Part shown: positions 34,779 to 44,319 of the stretch, one piece after another
Layout of the letters: the number at the start of each line of letters is the position of its first letter
How positions within the stretch are numbered: the first letter of the stretch is position 1
Virus record (IMG/VR): IMGVR_UViG_3300021339_000008
Span: 1-53,951 of that record
Source of the DNA: a virus
Taxonomy: Duplodnaviria > Caudoviricetes
Direction: 5' to 3' (one strand)
DNA length: 53,951 nucleotides
The notes under the pieces: generated by a model
Databases searched by the model: none
Seen by the model: only the letters and a program-made list of their open reading frames with translations
Told to the model about the DNA's origin: nothing
Position numbers and translations under genes: made by a program

Positions 34779-36508
34779 CCGCGATCGACTTCGAACTCGA
34801 CTACACGGACATCTTCTGCGGCGCCGGCGGCAGCTCCATCGGCCTCACCGAGGCCGGGTTCACCCTGAAACTCGCCGCCAACCACTGGGCCCGCGCCATC
34901 GAGACCCACGCCGCCAACTTCCGCGACGCCGACCACCTCTGCGCCGACGTCAACAACTACGACATGCGCCGCCTGCCGCGCACCGCGGTGCTGTGGGCGT
35001 CGCCGATCTGCACCGAGAACAGCCCGGCCGGCGGCCGCCGACGACGCAGCGCGCAACCGGACCTGTTCGACCACGGCCCGGTCGACGACGCCGCGTTCGA
35101 GCGGACCCGCGCCACCTTCTGGGACGTCATCCGCGCCACCGAGGTCCACCGCTACCAGGCGGTGATCGTCGAGAACGTCGTCGAGGCCGCGAGCTGGGAG
35201 CTGTTCGACGTTTGGCTCACCGCGATGCGCACCCTCGGCTACAACGCCCAGACGGTGTGTGTGTCCACCGCGCACGTCGGCGACGACGCCAACCCGCACG
35301 CGCCGCAGTGGCGCGACCGGCTCTACATCGTCCTCACCCGGATCGGCATCCCGCTGCCCGACGTCGCACCCCGTCCACCCGCGTGGTGCCAGGAGTGCGA
35401 CGAAGACGTCGCCGCGGTGCAGAGCTGGAAGGACCCACGGAAGCGGAAGATCGGCAAGTACCGCCAGCAGTACCTGTACCGGTGCCCGAACACGGGCTGC
35501 CACCAGGCGGTCGTCGAGCCGTACGTGCTCCCGGCCGCCGCGGCGATCGACTGGACCGACCTCGGCCAGCGCATCGGCGACCGGGCGAAGCCGCTCGCCG
35601 ACAAGACCCTCGCGCGGATCCGCGCCGGCCTGGCGCAGTTCGCCGAGCCGATCACCCTGGAAGCCACGGGCAACACGTTCGAACGCCGACCCGGGGTGCG
35701 GACCTGGCCCGCCGCCGGGGCGCCGCTGACCACCGTCACCGGCTCGGCCACCAAGGCCGTCGCGTGTCCACCGCTGTTGGTCCCGACCGGCGGCACGTGG
35801 AACGAGACCGTCACCTCGACCGGCGAGCCGATGCGCACCCGCCTGGCGAACGAGAAGGGCTTCGAGGGGATCGTCAGCGCGCGTCCGCTGATGCTGTCGG
35901 TGAACCACGACGACGAGCACGGACGCGTCTTCCCGGCTGCCGCCGCGCCGCTGCCGCCGCGCACGACCAAGATCGGCGATGCCTTGGTGCTGCCGTTCAT
36001 CACCGAACTGCGCGGCGGCAGCTCCGACGTCCGGCCGATCCACGACCCGCTGGCCACCCTGGCGGCATCGGGCAACCACCACGGGCTGACGGTCCCGCCG
36101 GGCGCGTTCTTCACCAAGCACTACACCCCGCGCGGCCGCGACGGCCAGATGTGCAAGAACGTCCGCACCGACCCGCTCGGTGCCATCCTCGCCGCCGGCG
36201 GCCGCCACTCCCTGGTCGTGCCCTACTACCGCACCGGGCGGGCCAAGACCACCGCCAGCCCGCTGGACACCGTCACCAGCCGGGAGCGGTTCGCCCTGGT
36301 CGAGGCCATCGGCTCGGCCGAGGTCGACGACTGCCTGTTCCGCATGTTGCAGCCGCGCGAGCACCTCCGCGCCCAACGGTTCCCCGACAGCTACATCGTC
36401 ACCGGGAACAAGGGCGAGCAGACCATGCAGGCCGGAAACGCCGTCTCGGCCAACGTCGCCCACTGGCTCGGCCGCGCCATCGCCGCAGTCCTCGGAGGTA
36501 CCGCATGA
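34775..36508 (+). CDS. DNA (cytosine-5) methyltransferase
   Basis: DIFCGAGG (motif I), ASPIC (IV), ENV (VI), QWRDR (VIII), QAGNAV (X). Confidence 0.93.
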   Translation: MTAIDFELDYTDIFCGAGGSSIGLTEAGFTLKLAANHWARAIETHAANFRDADHLCADVNNYDMRRLPRTAVLWASPICTENSPAGGRRRRSAQPDLFDHGPVDDAAFERTRATFWDVIRATEVHRYQAVIVENVVEAASWELFDVWLTAMRTLGYNAQTVCVSTAHVGDDANPHAPQWRDRLYIVLTRIGIPLPDVAPRPPAWCQECDEDVAAVQSWKDPRKRKIGKYRQQYLYRCPNTGCHQAVVEPYVLPAAAAIDWTDLGQRIGDRAKPLADKTLARIRAGLAQFAEPITLEATGNTFERRPGVRTWPAAGAPLTTVTGSATKAVACPPLLVPTGGTWNETVTSTGEPMRTRLANEKGFEGIVSARPLMLSVNHDDEHGRVFPAAAAPLPPRTTKIGDALVLPFITELRGGSSDVRPIHDPLATLAASGNHHGLTVPPGAFFTKHYTPRGRDGQMCKNVRTDPLGAILAAGGRHSLVVPYYRTGRAKTTASPLDTVTSRERFALVEAIGSAEVDDCLFRMLQPREHLRAQRFPDSYIVTGNKGEQTMQAGNAVSANVAHWLGRAIAAVLGGTA

Positions 36509-39039
36509 CCACCGCCGAACGCATCACCCCCGACGGCCGGGCCTACATCGAGTTCCTGGCGGCGAAGACGCAGCTGGCGCCGGTGACCGGGTTCCAGGTG
36601 GATCCGGACGAGGTGCACCCGAGCCTGAAGGCACACCAGCGCGACGCCGTGCTGTGGGCGGTCCGCGGCGGCCGGCGCGCCGTGTTCGCCAGCTTCGGCC
36701 TGGGCAAGACCCGAATCCAGCTGGAGATCGAACGGCTGGTGCTGGCCAAGCTCGGCGGCGGCCGCGGTCTGATCACCCTCCCGCTCGGCGTCCGGCAGGA
36801 GTTCATCCGCGACGCCGCCGACCTGGATACCTCGGTGCGGTTCATCCGCACCGAGGACGAGGCACGGACCGACGGCCTGTACCTCACCAACTACGAGACG
36901 GTCCGCGACGGCAAGCTCGACCCGCGCCGGTTCGACGTCGTCTCGCTGGACGAGGCCGCCATCCTGCGCGGCTTCGGAGGGTCGAAGACGTTCCGCGAGT
37001 TCATGCGCCTCTACGAGGGCAGCGCCGGCTACCGGTTCGTGGCCACGGCCACCCCCTCGCCCAACGAGTACATCGAGCTGCTCGCCTACGCCGCGTTCCT
37101 GGACGTGATGGACGTCGGCCAGGCCAAGACACGCTTCTTCAAGCGCGACAGCACCAAGGCCGACAAGCTGACCCTGCTGCCGCACATGGAAGAGCAGTTC
37201 TGGCTGTGGGTGGCGTCGTGGGCGCTGTTCCTGCAGAAGCCTTCCGACCTCGGTCACTCCGACGACGGCTACGAGCTGCCGCCGATGGAGGTGCGCTGGC
37301 ATGAGGTGGCCGGCGGCCCGGTCGACCCCGACCGCGACGGCCAGGGTGCGCTCCTGCACACCGCCCGGCTCGGGGTGCAGGAGGCGGCGAAGGCCAAGCG
37401 GGACAGCCTCACCGCCCGGGTCACCGCCACGGCCGAGCTCGTCGACGCCGACCCGGGTGAGCACTTCCTGATCTGGCACGACCTCGAGGACGAACGCCGC
37501 GCCATCACCGCGGCGATCCCGGACGCGGTATCGGTGTGGGGTTCACAGGACCTCGACGAACGCGAGCAGCGGATCATCGACTTCTCCGACGGCCGGTTCC
37601 GCATCCTCTCGACCAAGCCGGTCATCGCCGGGTCGGGGTGCAACTTCCAGCGGCACTGCCACCGGGCGATCTTCACCGGCATCGGCTTCAAGTTCGCCGA
37701 CTTCATCCAGGCGGTCCACCGGATCTACCGCTTCCTGCAGACCGAGCAGGTGCGCATCGACATCATCTACTCGGAGGCCGAGCGGTCGGTCCGGGCCGAG
37801 CTGGAACGCAAGTGGGCCCAGCACGTCGCCGCGTCCGCGCGCATGGCCGAGATCATCCGCACCTACGGCCTGTCCCACGAGGCGATGGCCAGCACCCTGC
37901 GCCGCTCGATCGGCGTGGAACGGGTCGAGGTAGCCGGCGACGACTACCGCCTGGTCAACAACGACACCGTCCTGGAAACGTCGTCGATGGCCCCCGACAG
38001 CGTCGACCTGATCGTCACGTCAATCCCGTTCAGCACCCAGTACGAGTACACGCCCAGCTACAACGACTTCGGCCACACCGACGACAACGGCCACTTCTGG
38101 GCGCAGATGGACTTCCTCACCCCGCAGTTGCTGCGAGTCCTGGCGCCCGGCCGCAACGCCGTCATCCACGTCAAGGACCGCATCGTCCCCGGCGGCATGA
38201 CCGGCCTCGGCTTCCAGACCGTGCAGCCGTTCCACGCCGAAGCGATCGCCCACTACACCCGGCACGGGTTCGCGTTCCTCGGGATGAAGACGATCGTCAC
38301 CGACGTCGTCCGGGAGAACAACCAGACCTACCGGCTGGGCTGGACCGAGCAGTGCAAGGACGGCTCCCGCATGGGCGCTGGCATGCCCGAGTACCTGCTG
38401 ATCTTCCGCAAGCCGCCGTCCGACCACTCCGATGGCTACGCCGACATCCCGGTGGTGAAGTCGAAGGAGCGCTACTCGCGGACCCGCTGGCAGATCGACG
38501 CGCACGGGTTCGCCCGCTCCAACGGCAACCGGCCGCTGCTGCCGCACGAGCTCGCCGAGCTGCCCCATGACCAGATCTTCAAGCGGTTCCGGGAACGGTC
38601 CCTGACCGCCGTGTACGACTTCGACGAGCACGTCCGCATCGGCGAGGACCTGGAGACAGCCCGCCGGCTCCCGACCACGTTCATGCTGCTGCAGCCCGCG
38701 TCGTGGCACCCGGACGTGTGGACCGACGTCGCCCGCATGCGCACCCTCAACATGCTGCAGGAGCGGAAGGGCCAGCAGCAGCACCTGTGCCCGCTGCAGT
38801 TCGACATCGTCGACCGCCTGATCGAGCAGCTGTCCATGCCCGGCGACACCGTGTTCGACCCGTTCGCCGGCCTGATGACCGTGCCGTACTGCGCGCTCAA
38901 GCTCGGCCGCCGCGGCGTCGGGGTCGAGCTGAACCCCGAGTACTTCCGCGACGGCATCGCCTACGTCCAGGCCGTCGCTGACGAACAGGCAGTGCCCACC
39001 CTGTTCGACCTCGTTGACGCAGAACAGGCCGTCTCATGA
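36505..39039 (+). CDS. SNF2-like helicase fused to an N4/N6 DNA methyltransferase
   Basis: FGLGKT, LDEA, TATP, RIYRF helicase motifs; TSIPF and DPFAG methyltransferase motifs. Confidence 0.88.
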   Translation: MTTAERITPDGRAYIEFLAAKTQLAPVTGFQVDPDEVHPSLKAHQRDAVLWAVRGGRRAVFASFGLGKTRIQLEIERLVLAKLGGGRGLITLPLGVRQEFIRDAADLDTSVRFIRTEDEARTDGLYLTNYETVRDGKLDPRRFDVVSLDEAAILRGFGGSKTFREFMRLYEGSAGYRFVATATPSPNEYIELLAYAAFLDVMDVGQAKTRFFKRDSTKADKLTLLPHMEEQFWLWVASWALFLQKPSDLGHSDDGYELPPMEVRWHEVAGGPVDPDRDGQGALLHTARLGVQEAAKAKRDSLTARVTATAELVDADPGEHFLIWHDLEDERRAITAAIPDAVSVWGSQDLDEREQRIIDFSDGRFRILSTKPVIAGSGCNFQRHCHRAIFTGIGFKFADFIQAVHRIYRFLQTEQVRIDIIYSEAERSVRAELERKWAQHVAASARMAEIIRTYGLSHEAMASTLRRSIGVERVEVAGDDYRLVNNDTVLETSSMAPDSVDLIVTSIPFSTQYEYTPSYNDFGHTDDNGHFWAQMDFLTPQLLRVLAPGRNAVIHVKDRIVPGGMTGLGFQTVQPFHAEAIAHYTRHGFAFLGMKTIVTDVVRENNQTYRLGWTEQCKDGSRMGAGMPEYLLIFRKPPSDHSDGYADIPVVKSKERYSRTRWQIDAHGFARSNGNRPLLPHELAELPHDQIFKRFRERSLTAVYDFDEHVRIGEDLETARRLPTTFMLLQPASWHPDVWTDVARMRTLNMLQERKGQQQHLCPLQFDIVDRLIEQLSMPGDTVFDPFAGLMTVPYCALKLGRRGVGVELNPEYFRDGIAYVQAVADEQAVPTLFDLVDAEQAVS

Positions 39040-39112
39040 CCGGCATACGGGCAACAATGGTGCCCGCTCCGTCCGCGTCCCAGCGGCCCGTGGATTGCGG
39101 CATGCGCGCGCC

Positions 39113-39265
39113 CTACTTCGCGTCGGCGTACGCCCGCAGGTACTCCCGGAGCACCTCGTACAGCGACCGGCCCTCGGCCTTGGCCTTCGCCATCGCCGCG
39201 GCCCACAGGTCGTCGTGCACCGGGATGCCGCGCATGCGCACCCCGGGCGCGCGCTGCCCGGGCAC
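39113..39265 (-). CDS. Ribbon-helix-helix protein (50 aa)
   Basis: MRGIPVHDDLWAAAMAKAKAEGRSLYEVLREYLRAY; read directly from the sequence. Confidence 0.8.
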   Translation of the reverse strand: MPGQRAPGVRMRGIPVHDDLWAAAMAKAKAEGRSLYEVLREYLRAYADAK

Positions 39266-39266
39266 T

Positions 39267-39500
39267 TCAGGCGGCCCAGGCCGGTACGGCGATGCCGAGC
39301 GCGGCGCAGTAGTGCACCAGCGCGCCGCCGGCGTGGAGCGCGGTCAACTCGGCCAACGCCTCCCGCGCCGTGGCGGCGAACTCGCCCACCGTCAGGGCGT
39401 CCAGTGCGGTGCGATCGGCGCGCATCAGGTCCTCGATCACGGCGATGGTCGACGGGTCGGTCTCGCCGGTCGCCTGGCTGATCAGCATCGCGTAGGGCAT
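39267..39500 (-). CDS. Small hypothetical protein co-transcribed with the RHH gene
   Basis: AAGGAG RBS; 77 aa. Confidence 0.7.
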   Translation of the reverse strand: MPYAMLISQATGETDPSTIAVIEDLMRADRTALDALTVGEFAATAREALAELTALHAGGALVHYCAALGIAVPAWAA

Positions 39501-39516
39501 CTCGTACTCCTTGGTC

Positions 39517-39557
39517 GGTATAGCTACACCTTAGCCCGGTGTAGCTACACCCGTCAA
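39517..39557 (-). promoter_or_regulatory. Sigma70-type promoter with two 14-bp palindromic operators
   Basis: TTGACG-N18-TAAGGT on the minus strand; GGTATAGCTACACC (39517..39530) and GGTGTAGCTACACC (39538..39551). Confidence 0.8.
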
Positions 39558-39592
39558 CGGGCGGCCGCCGCCGCTGTGGTTGGCGGCGTCAC

Positions 39593-39856
39593 ATGACCGA
39601 CCGGACCCCCGTCGGCAGCGTCCACGCCCTACCACCAGAACCGCCCCCCGGCGCGGTCGTCGAGATCATCGGCGGCACCTGGGCCGGCGACCGGTACCGC
39701 CGCGACAACCGTCACTGGAAGGGCATGTGGTTCAAGGTCGGCCAGTGGGAGTCCCACACCTGGGCGCTCGTCCTGGCTCTGGCCAAGGGCGACGGGGTGC
39801 GGGTCATCGAGGACGGCACCACCCCGCCGGATGACGACGGCGGTGATGATGGGTGA
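39593..39856 (+). CDS. Hypothetical protein
   Basis: LPPEPPPGAVV...W..W..L pattern. Confidence 0.6.
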   Translation: MTDRTPVGSVHALPPEPPPGAVVEIIGGTWAGDRYRRDNRHWKGMWFKVGQWESHTWALVLALAKGDGVRVIEDGTTPPDDDGGDDG

Positions 39857-40626
39857 CTGAGATCCGCCACGGCTACACGCTGGCCGACGTCGACCGCCTC
39901 GCCCGGTACGCCGTGCGCACGGACTACCTGCCGAGCGAACCGGACTGGCCGGACCGGGTCGCGGAGGCCCGCTGCGTCATCGTGGAGCGGCTGCTCACCA
40001 CCGTCACCCCACCCGCCCAGTCCGCCGACCTGGTCCGCATCGGCCGCCGGGCGTCGCTGGAGTACGTCCGGCGTCACATGTCCCACCGCGGCTGGCGCAG
40101 CGACCGCGCCGGCGGCTCCGGGGCCAGTGCCGCCTTCCAGCGGTACTGGACCTCCGCCGACCCCGCCCCGATGGAGGAACGGATCGTCGACCGGCTCGCC
40201 GTCCAGCAGATCCTGCCGATGCTGTCACCGTCACAGCGGGAGACCCTGGCAGCTCTGGCCGCGGTCGACGACCAGGCCCGCGCCGCCCAGACCATGGGCC
40301 TGGACTATAGCCAGTACCGGGGTCTGCTCAACCGCTCCCGGCGGCTGTTCCGGGCGTGGTGGCACGAGCACGAGCGGCCATCCGGGGTGTGGCGCGACGA
40401 CCGCCGCAACGGCGCCCGCACCGGACTCGACTCCCTCGGCCGCCCCCGCATCACGGTCTCCGAGCTCGACGCCATCCGCGGCCGCCGCGACGCCGGCGAA
40501 ACCCTCGATGCGCTGGCTGCCGAGCGCGGCATCACCCGGCAGGCGCTCGGCCGACTCCTCCTCGGCAAGACCCGCCCGGCGCCGGACCCAATCGGGGCAC
40601 CCGCCCCACCACTACCGTCCAACTGA
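39853..40626 (+). CDS. Sigma-70 region-4-like / HTH transcription regulator
   Basis: EERIVDRLAVQQIL..LSPSQRE.L....AA..MGL......L.RSR; additional C-terminal HTH (TLDALAAERGITRQAL). Confidence 0.55.
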   Translation: MTEIRHGYTLADVDRLARYAVRTDYLPSEPDWPDRVAEARCVIVERLLTTVTPPAQSADLVRIGRRASLEYVRRHMSHRGWRSDRAGGSGASAAFQRYWTSADPAPMEERIVDRLAVQQILPMLSPSQRETLAALAAVDDQARAAQTMGLDYSQYRGLLNRSRRLFRAWWHEHERPSGVWRDDRRNGARTGLDSLGRPRITVSELDAIRGRRDAGETLDALAAERGITRQALGRLLLGKTRPAPDPIGAPAPPLPSN

Positions 40627-40643
40627 TTGCAATAAGGAGACCC

Positions 40644-41159
40644 GTGACCACGCTCAAGATCGACGGCAAACCCACCGCCACCGCCCGCGACGGCATCGAC
40701 GCCTACATCCCCGGCCTCTACGCCACCCCCGGGAAACGCCTCGTCGGGGTCATTGAGCTAGAGCATGTCGAGCGCGTCGAGCCCGCCCCCGGGGCCGACC
40801 GCGAGGCGTCCGTCCGCGTGCGCATCTCCGCCCTGGAGATCGCCAACCCCGACCAGGAGGACCAGCTCCGCCGCGCGCAGCAGGCGCTCTATCTGCACCG
40901 CACCGCCATGGGCACCCTCGGCGAGGACGGCGACTGGCAACTCGCCAAGGACACGCTCGACCGGTGCGCCGGCATGCTCCACGCCCTCGAAGCCGCCCGC
41001 CTCCGCGCCGCCACCAACCACGCCCGCAACCACGCGAGGCGCGTCCTCGCCGTCCCCGAGATCACGGTCGCCGAGATGCGCCACGAACTCGACCAGCTCG
41101 CCGACATGCTCGACGCCACCCTCCGCGCCGTCGAGTTCGACGACCAGGGCGAGGACTGA
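40644..41159 (+). CDS. Hypothetical protein
   Basis: AAGGAG RBS, GTG start. Confidence 0.7.
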   Translation: MTTLKIDGKPTATARDGIDAYIPGLYATPGKRLVGVIELEHVERVEPAPGADREASVRVRISALEIANPDQEDQLRRAQQALYLHRTAMGTLGEDGDWQLAKDTLDRCAGMLHALEAARLRAATNHARNHARRVLAVPEITVAEMRHELDQLADMLDATLRAVEFDDQGED

Positions 41160-41165
41160 CCCCCT

Positions 41166-41405
41166 ATGAACCGCACCACCGACGACCCGACCGGCCGGCC
41201 ACCCACGCCGACCGGCGGGGTCGTCGTGCCCATCGAGACGGCCGCCGAGCTCCGCGGCCGGATACGGCTCGCGCTCGCGCTGTTCGACCACCGCGGCCAC
41301 ACCGCCGACACCGCCCGCCTCGCCGACCGGGCACTCCGCGGGGACTCCATCGCACACCTGGCCGCCGGCGACACCGCCGGACGGCGCACCACGAAGGGGG
41401 CATGA
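41166..41405 (+). CDS. Hypothetical protein
   Basis: ATGA coupling to the replication gene. Confidence 0.55.
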   Translation: MNRTTDDPTGRPPTPTGGVVVPIETAAELRGRIRLALALFDHRGHTADTARLADRALRGDSIAHLAAGDTAGRRTTKGA

Positions 41406-42481
41406 GGATGGCGCGCGCCACCGACACCGGCACCGGCACCGGCGAACCCGGCTGGATCAAGGTCCACGAACGGATGCCCGAACACCCGAAGATCGAGGGC
41501 CTCTCCGACCGGGCCTTCCGGGTGCTCGTCGAGACCTGGTGCTGGTCCCGCCGCAACCACACCGACGGTCACGTCAAGGCCGCCGTGTGGGCCAAGCGCG
41601 GCACCCCCGCGGCGCGCCGTGAACTGGTCGCGGCCGGCCTCGCCGACCCCACCGCCGACGGCATCGTCATGCACGACTGGCTCGACTGGCAGAAGTCCGC
41701 CGAGGCCCTCGCCGCACTGTCCGCCACCCGCGCCGCAGCCGGCGCCAAGGGCGCCGCAGCCACCGCCCAGCGGCGAGCAAGTGCCGGGGCAAATGCCAGG
41801 GCAAGTGGTGAAGCAAATGCCGAGGCAAACGCTCGGCAAGTGCCCAGGCAAAACTCCGGCAAAACGGCAGCAGAGTCAGAGGAAAGAACTCCTATGGTCT
41901 CGTCTGGGGTAAAACCCCAGACCGCGCGTACACACGTCCAGGCGAGCGCACGCGATAGCGCCCCAACCCCCAGCCCGTCAACCCCTGGCCGCCAGCGCGC
42001 CGCCGACCTCAACGCCACCGCCCGGCGCCCCGACACCCAGCGCATCCTCAGCCAGTTCGAAACCGCCCGCGGAACCCCGCTGCTCAGCGACGTGCGACGC
42101 ACCTACGTCCGGATCGTCGACCAACTCCTCGACGAGGGCGTCCCCGAACACGAGATCGTCGGCGCCCTGCCCGACCTCGCCACCCGCGGCGCCGGCCCCG
42201 CCGTCCTGCCGCACCTCATCGAGGAACGCCGCGCCAAGCAGGCCAGCCGGCCGGTCCACGAACGCCGCCCCGACGAGGTCACCGACGCCGACCTCACCCC
42301 GGCCGTCCTCGACGACATCCTCGGCCCCGACTCCTGGATGGGCGACCCGCCACCCGACGCGATCGAACTCGGACCCGCCGAACCGCGCCGCGCCTGGTAC
42401 GCCGCCCGCCGCGACGAACGCCTCACCGAACGCCGCGCCGAGGCCCGCGCGCTGCTCGCCCGCCGCCAGGTCCCGGCATGA
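41402..42481 (+). CDS. Replication initiator protein
   Basis: WIKVH..MPEHPKI..LSD.AFR..W.WS....TDG..HDWLDWQ; internal iterons; upstream of DnaB. Confidence 0.8.
   Translation: MRMARATDTGTGTGEPGWIKVHERMPEHPKIEGLSDRAFRVLVETWCWSRRNHTDGHVKAAVWAKRGTPAARRELVAAGLADPTADGIVMHDWLDWQKSAEALAALSATRAAAGAKGAAATAQRRASAGANARASGEANAEANARQVPRQNSGKTAAESEERTPMVSSGVKPQTARTHVQASARDSAPTPSPSTPGRQRAADLNATARRPDTQRILSQFETARGTPLLSDVRRTYVRIVDQLLDEGVPEHEIVGALPDLATRGAGPAVLPHLIEERRAKQASRPVHERRPDEVTDADLTPAVLDDILGPDSWMGDPPPDAIELGPAEPRRAWYAARRDERLTERRAEARALLARRQVPA
41777..41869 (+). repeat. Iteron array / replication origin
   Basis: Eight 11-12-bp units starting GCAA(A/G), followed by an A-rich tract. Confidence 0.75.
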
Positions 42482-43803
42482 CCGCCGTGGCCGACCCCAC
42501 CGTCGACGAACTCGACGCCGCCCGCGACGGTGTCGGTGTCGACGCCGAACGCGCCTGCCTCGGCGGCGCCCTCTGGTCGTCGACCGCCATCACCGAGATC
42601 GTCGAGATCGTCGACCCCGGCGACTGGTCCCAGCCCAAACACGCCGCCATCGCCGCCGCCATCGCCGCGCTCGCCGACACCGGGCAGGTCATCGAACCCA
42701 CCTCGGTGCTGGCCGAGCTCGAACGCCGCGGTGAGATGCTCCGCGTCGGCGGCGCCCCCTACCTGCACACCCTCCTGGCGGCCGGCAGTCCCGCGTACCT
42801 GCACTACGCCCGGCTCGTCGCCAACCGGGCGCACCTGCGGCGCATCGGCCAGACCGGCCAACGGCTGCAGCAGCTCGCGCTGGTCGGCGACGTCGACGCC
42901 CCCGACGAGGTCCTCGACCGGGCCCGCGCCGACCTCGATGCCGTCGCCGAACGCCGCCGCGGCCGCGAGCTGTATGCGTTCGCCGACCTGCTCAACGCGG
43001 CCGTCGACGGCTACGGCGACCCGATCCCGCCGGGGCTGGCCACCCCGTGGCCGGACCTCGACGAGATCCTCGGCGGCGGCGGGTTGCGCGCCGGCGCCCT
43101 CACCATCGTCGGGGCGAGGCCGGGCGTCGGGAAGTCCGTGATCGCGGTGAACCTCGCCCGGTACGCCGCAGCCGGTGGCGCCGGCGTGCTGGTCGCGTCG
43201 CTGGAGATGCCGCAGGCCGAACTCATGGACCGGCTCGTCGCCGCCGAAGGCCCCGTCGACTACGGCCGGCTCCGCGACCACAAGCTGACCGAGGCCGACT
43301 GGCAGGCCGTCGACCGCGCCGCCGACGCCCTGCGCCACCACCCCATCCGGATCGACGACAACCCGAACGCCACCCTCGCCAGCATCCGCGCCGCCGGCCG
43401 CGACATGACCCGCACCCCGACCGGTCTCGGCCTGCTGGTCATCGACTACCTGCAGCTGATCAAACCGGCCGACTCGCGGCAGCCCCGGCAGGAACAGGTC
43501 GCGGCCGTGGCCCGCGGCTGCAAGCTGCTGGCCCGCGAGCTGGCGGTCCCGGTCGTGGCGCTGTCCGGCATCAACCGCGGCCCCACCGCCCGCGCCTCCG
43601 CCCGACCAACCATGGCCGACCTCCGCGAAAGCGGCGAGATCGAGAACTCCGCCGACCAGATCATCCTGCTGCACCGCGACGACGAGAAGCACGGCGAGAT
43701 CGAACTCGCCGTCGTGAAGAACCGCGCCGGCCGGACCGGGTCGGTGTCCCTGTCCTGGGCCGGGCACTACCAGCGTGCCGCGTCCCTGTCCCGCTACGCC
43801 TGA
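42478..43803 (+). CDS. dnaB: DnaB-like replicative helicase
   Basis: GARPGVGKS, SLEM, IDYLQL, RP.MADLRESGEIENSAD, KNRAG. Confidence 0.95.
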   Translation: MTAVADPTVDELDAARDGVGVDAERACLGGALWSSTAITEIVEIVDPGDWSQPKHAAIAAAIAALADTGQVIEPTSVLAELERRGEMLRVGGAPYLHTLLAAGSPAYLHYARLVANRAHLRRIGQTGQRLQQLALVGDVDAPDEVLDRARADLDAVAERRRGRELYAFADLLNAAVDGYGDPIPPGLATPWPDLDEILGGGGLRAGALTIVGARPGVGKSVIAVNLARYAAAGGAGVLVASLEMPQAELMDRLVAAEGPVDYGRLRDHKLTEADWQAVDRAADALRHHPIRIDDNPNATLASIRAAGRDMTRTPTGLGLLVIDYLQLIKPADSRQPRQEQVAAVARGCKLLARELAVPVVALSGINRGPTARASARPTMADLRESGEIENSADQIILLHRDDEKHGEIELAVVKNRAGRTGSVSLSWAGHYQRAASLSRYA

Positions 43804-43813
43804 ACGGAGCACC

Positions 43814-44053
43814 ATGCCCAACAACCAGTGGTCCGACCCGCTGCCCAGCGCGCCCACCTACACCGGACCCACGCAACCCGTCGACCCACCGCCCCCGCCG
43901 TCGGACCCGCTGCGCGCCGCTGTCCGGGACGCCCTCGCCGAGCACACCCCAGCGGTCAAGATCTGTGCGTGCGGTGTGCAGACCGTCGGGCAGGACTCCC
44001 GCACCGGCCACCTCGAGGACGTCATCGTCGCGGCCCTGGCGAGCAACCGATGA
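43814..44053 (+). CDS. Hypothetical protein
   Basis: GGAG RBS. Confidence 0.55.
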   Translation: MPNNQWSDPLPSAPTYTGPTQPVDPPPPPSDPLRAAVRDALAEHTPAVKICACGVQTVGQDSRTGHLEDVIVAALASNR

Positions 44054-44319
44054 CCGCCGTCGAACCGGCTGCGGTCGGTGACGCCCTGCACCTGAAGACC
44101 GATGGCACCGGCACCATGCACGTCCGTGGCATCGACATCAGCGACGCTGTCACCGGCGTCCGGATCGAGCACCGCGCCGGCATCCCGGTGGTCGTGCGGG
44201 TCGACCTGCGGGGTGTCGAGGTCCGCTCCGGCTTCGGCCAGGTCGAGCTGCCGCCGGCCGCCGTCGAGGCCCTGATCGCGCTCGGCTGGACCCCGCCCGG
44301 CGACGAGGCCGGCCGATGA
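44050..44319 (+). CDS. Hypothetical protein
   Basis: ATGA coupling; ALIALGWTPP ending. Confidence 0.65.
   Translation: MTAVEPAAVGDALHLKTDGTGTMHVRGIDISDAVTGVRIEHRAGIPVVVRVDLRGVEVRSGFGQVELPPAAVEALIALGWTPPGDEAGR

Noticed and set aside
34618-36504. 1473-aa ORF 34618..39039 as one giant protein
   Set aside because: The first 629 or so residues are an Arg/Pro-rich shadow frame of the C5 methyltransferase; the real start is the ATGA-coupled ATG at 36505 with a GGAGG RBS
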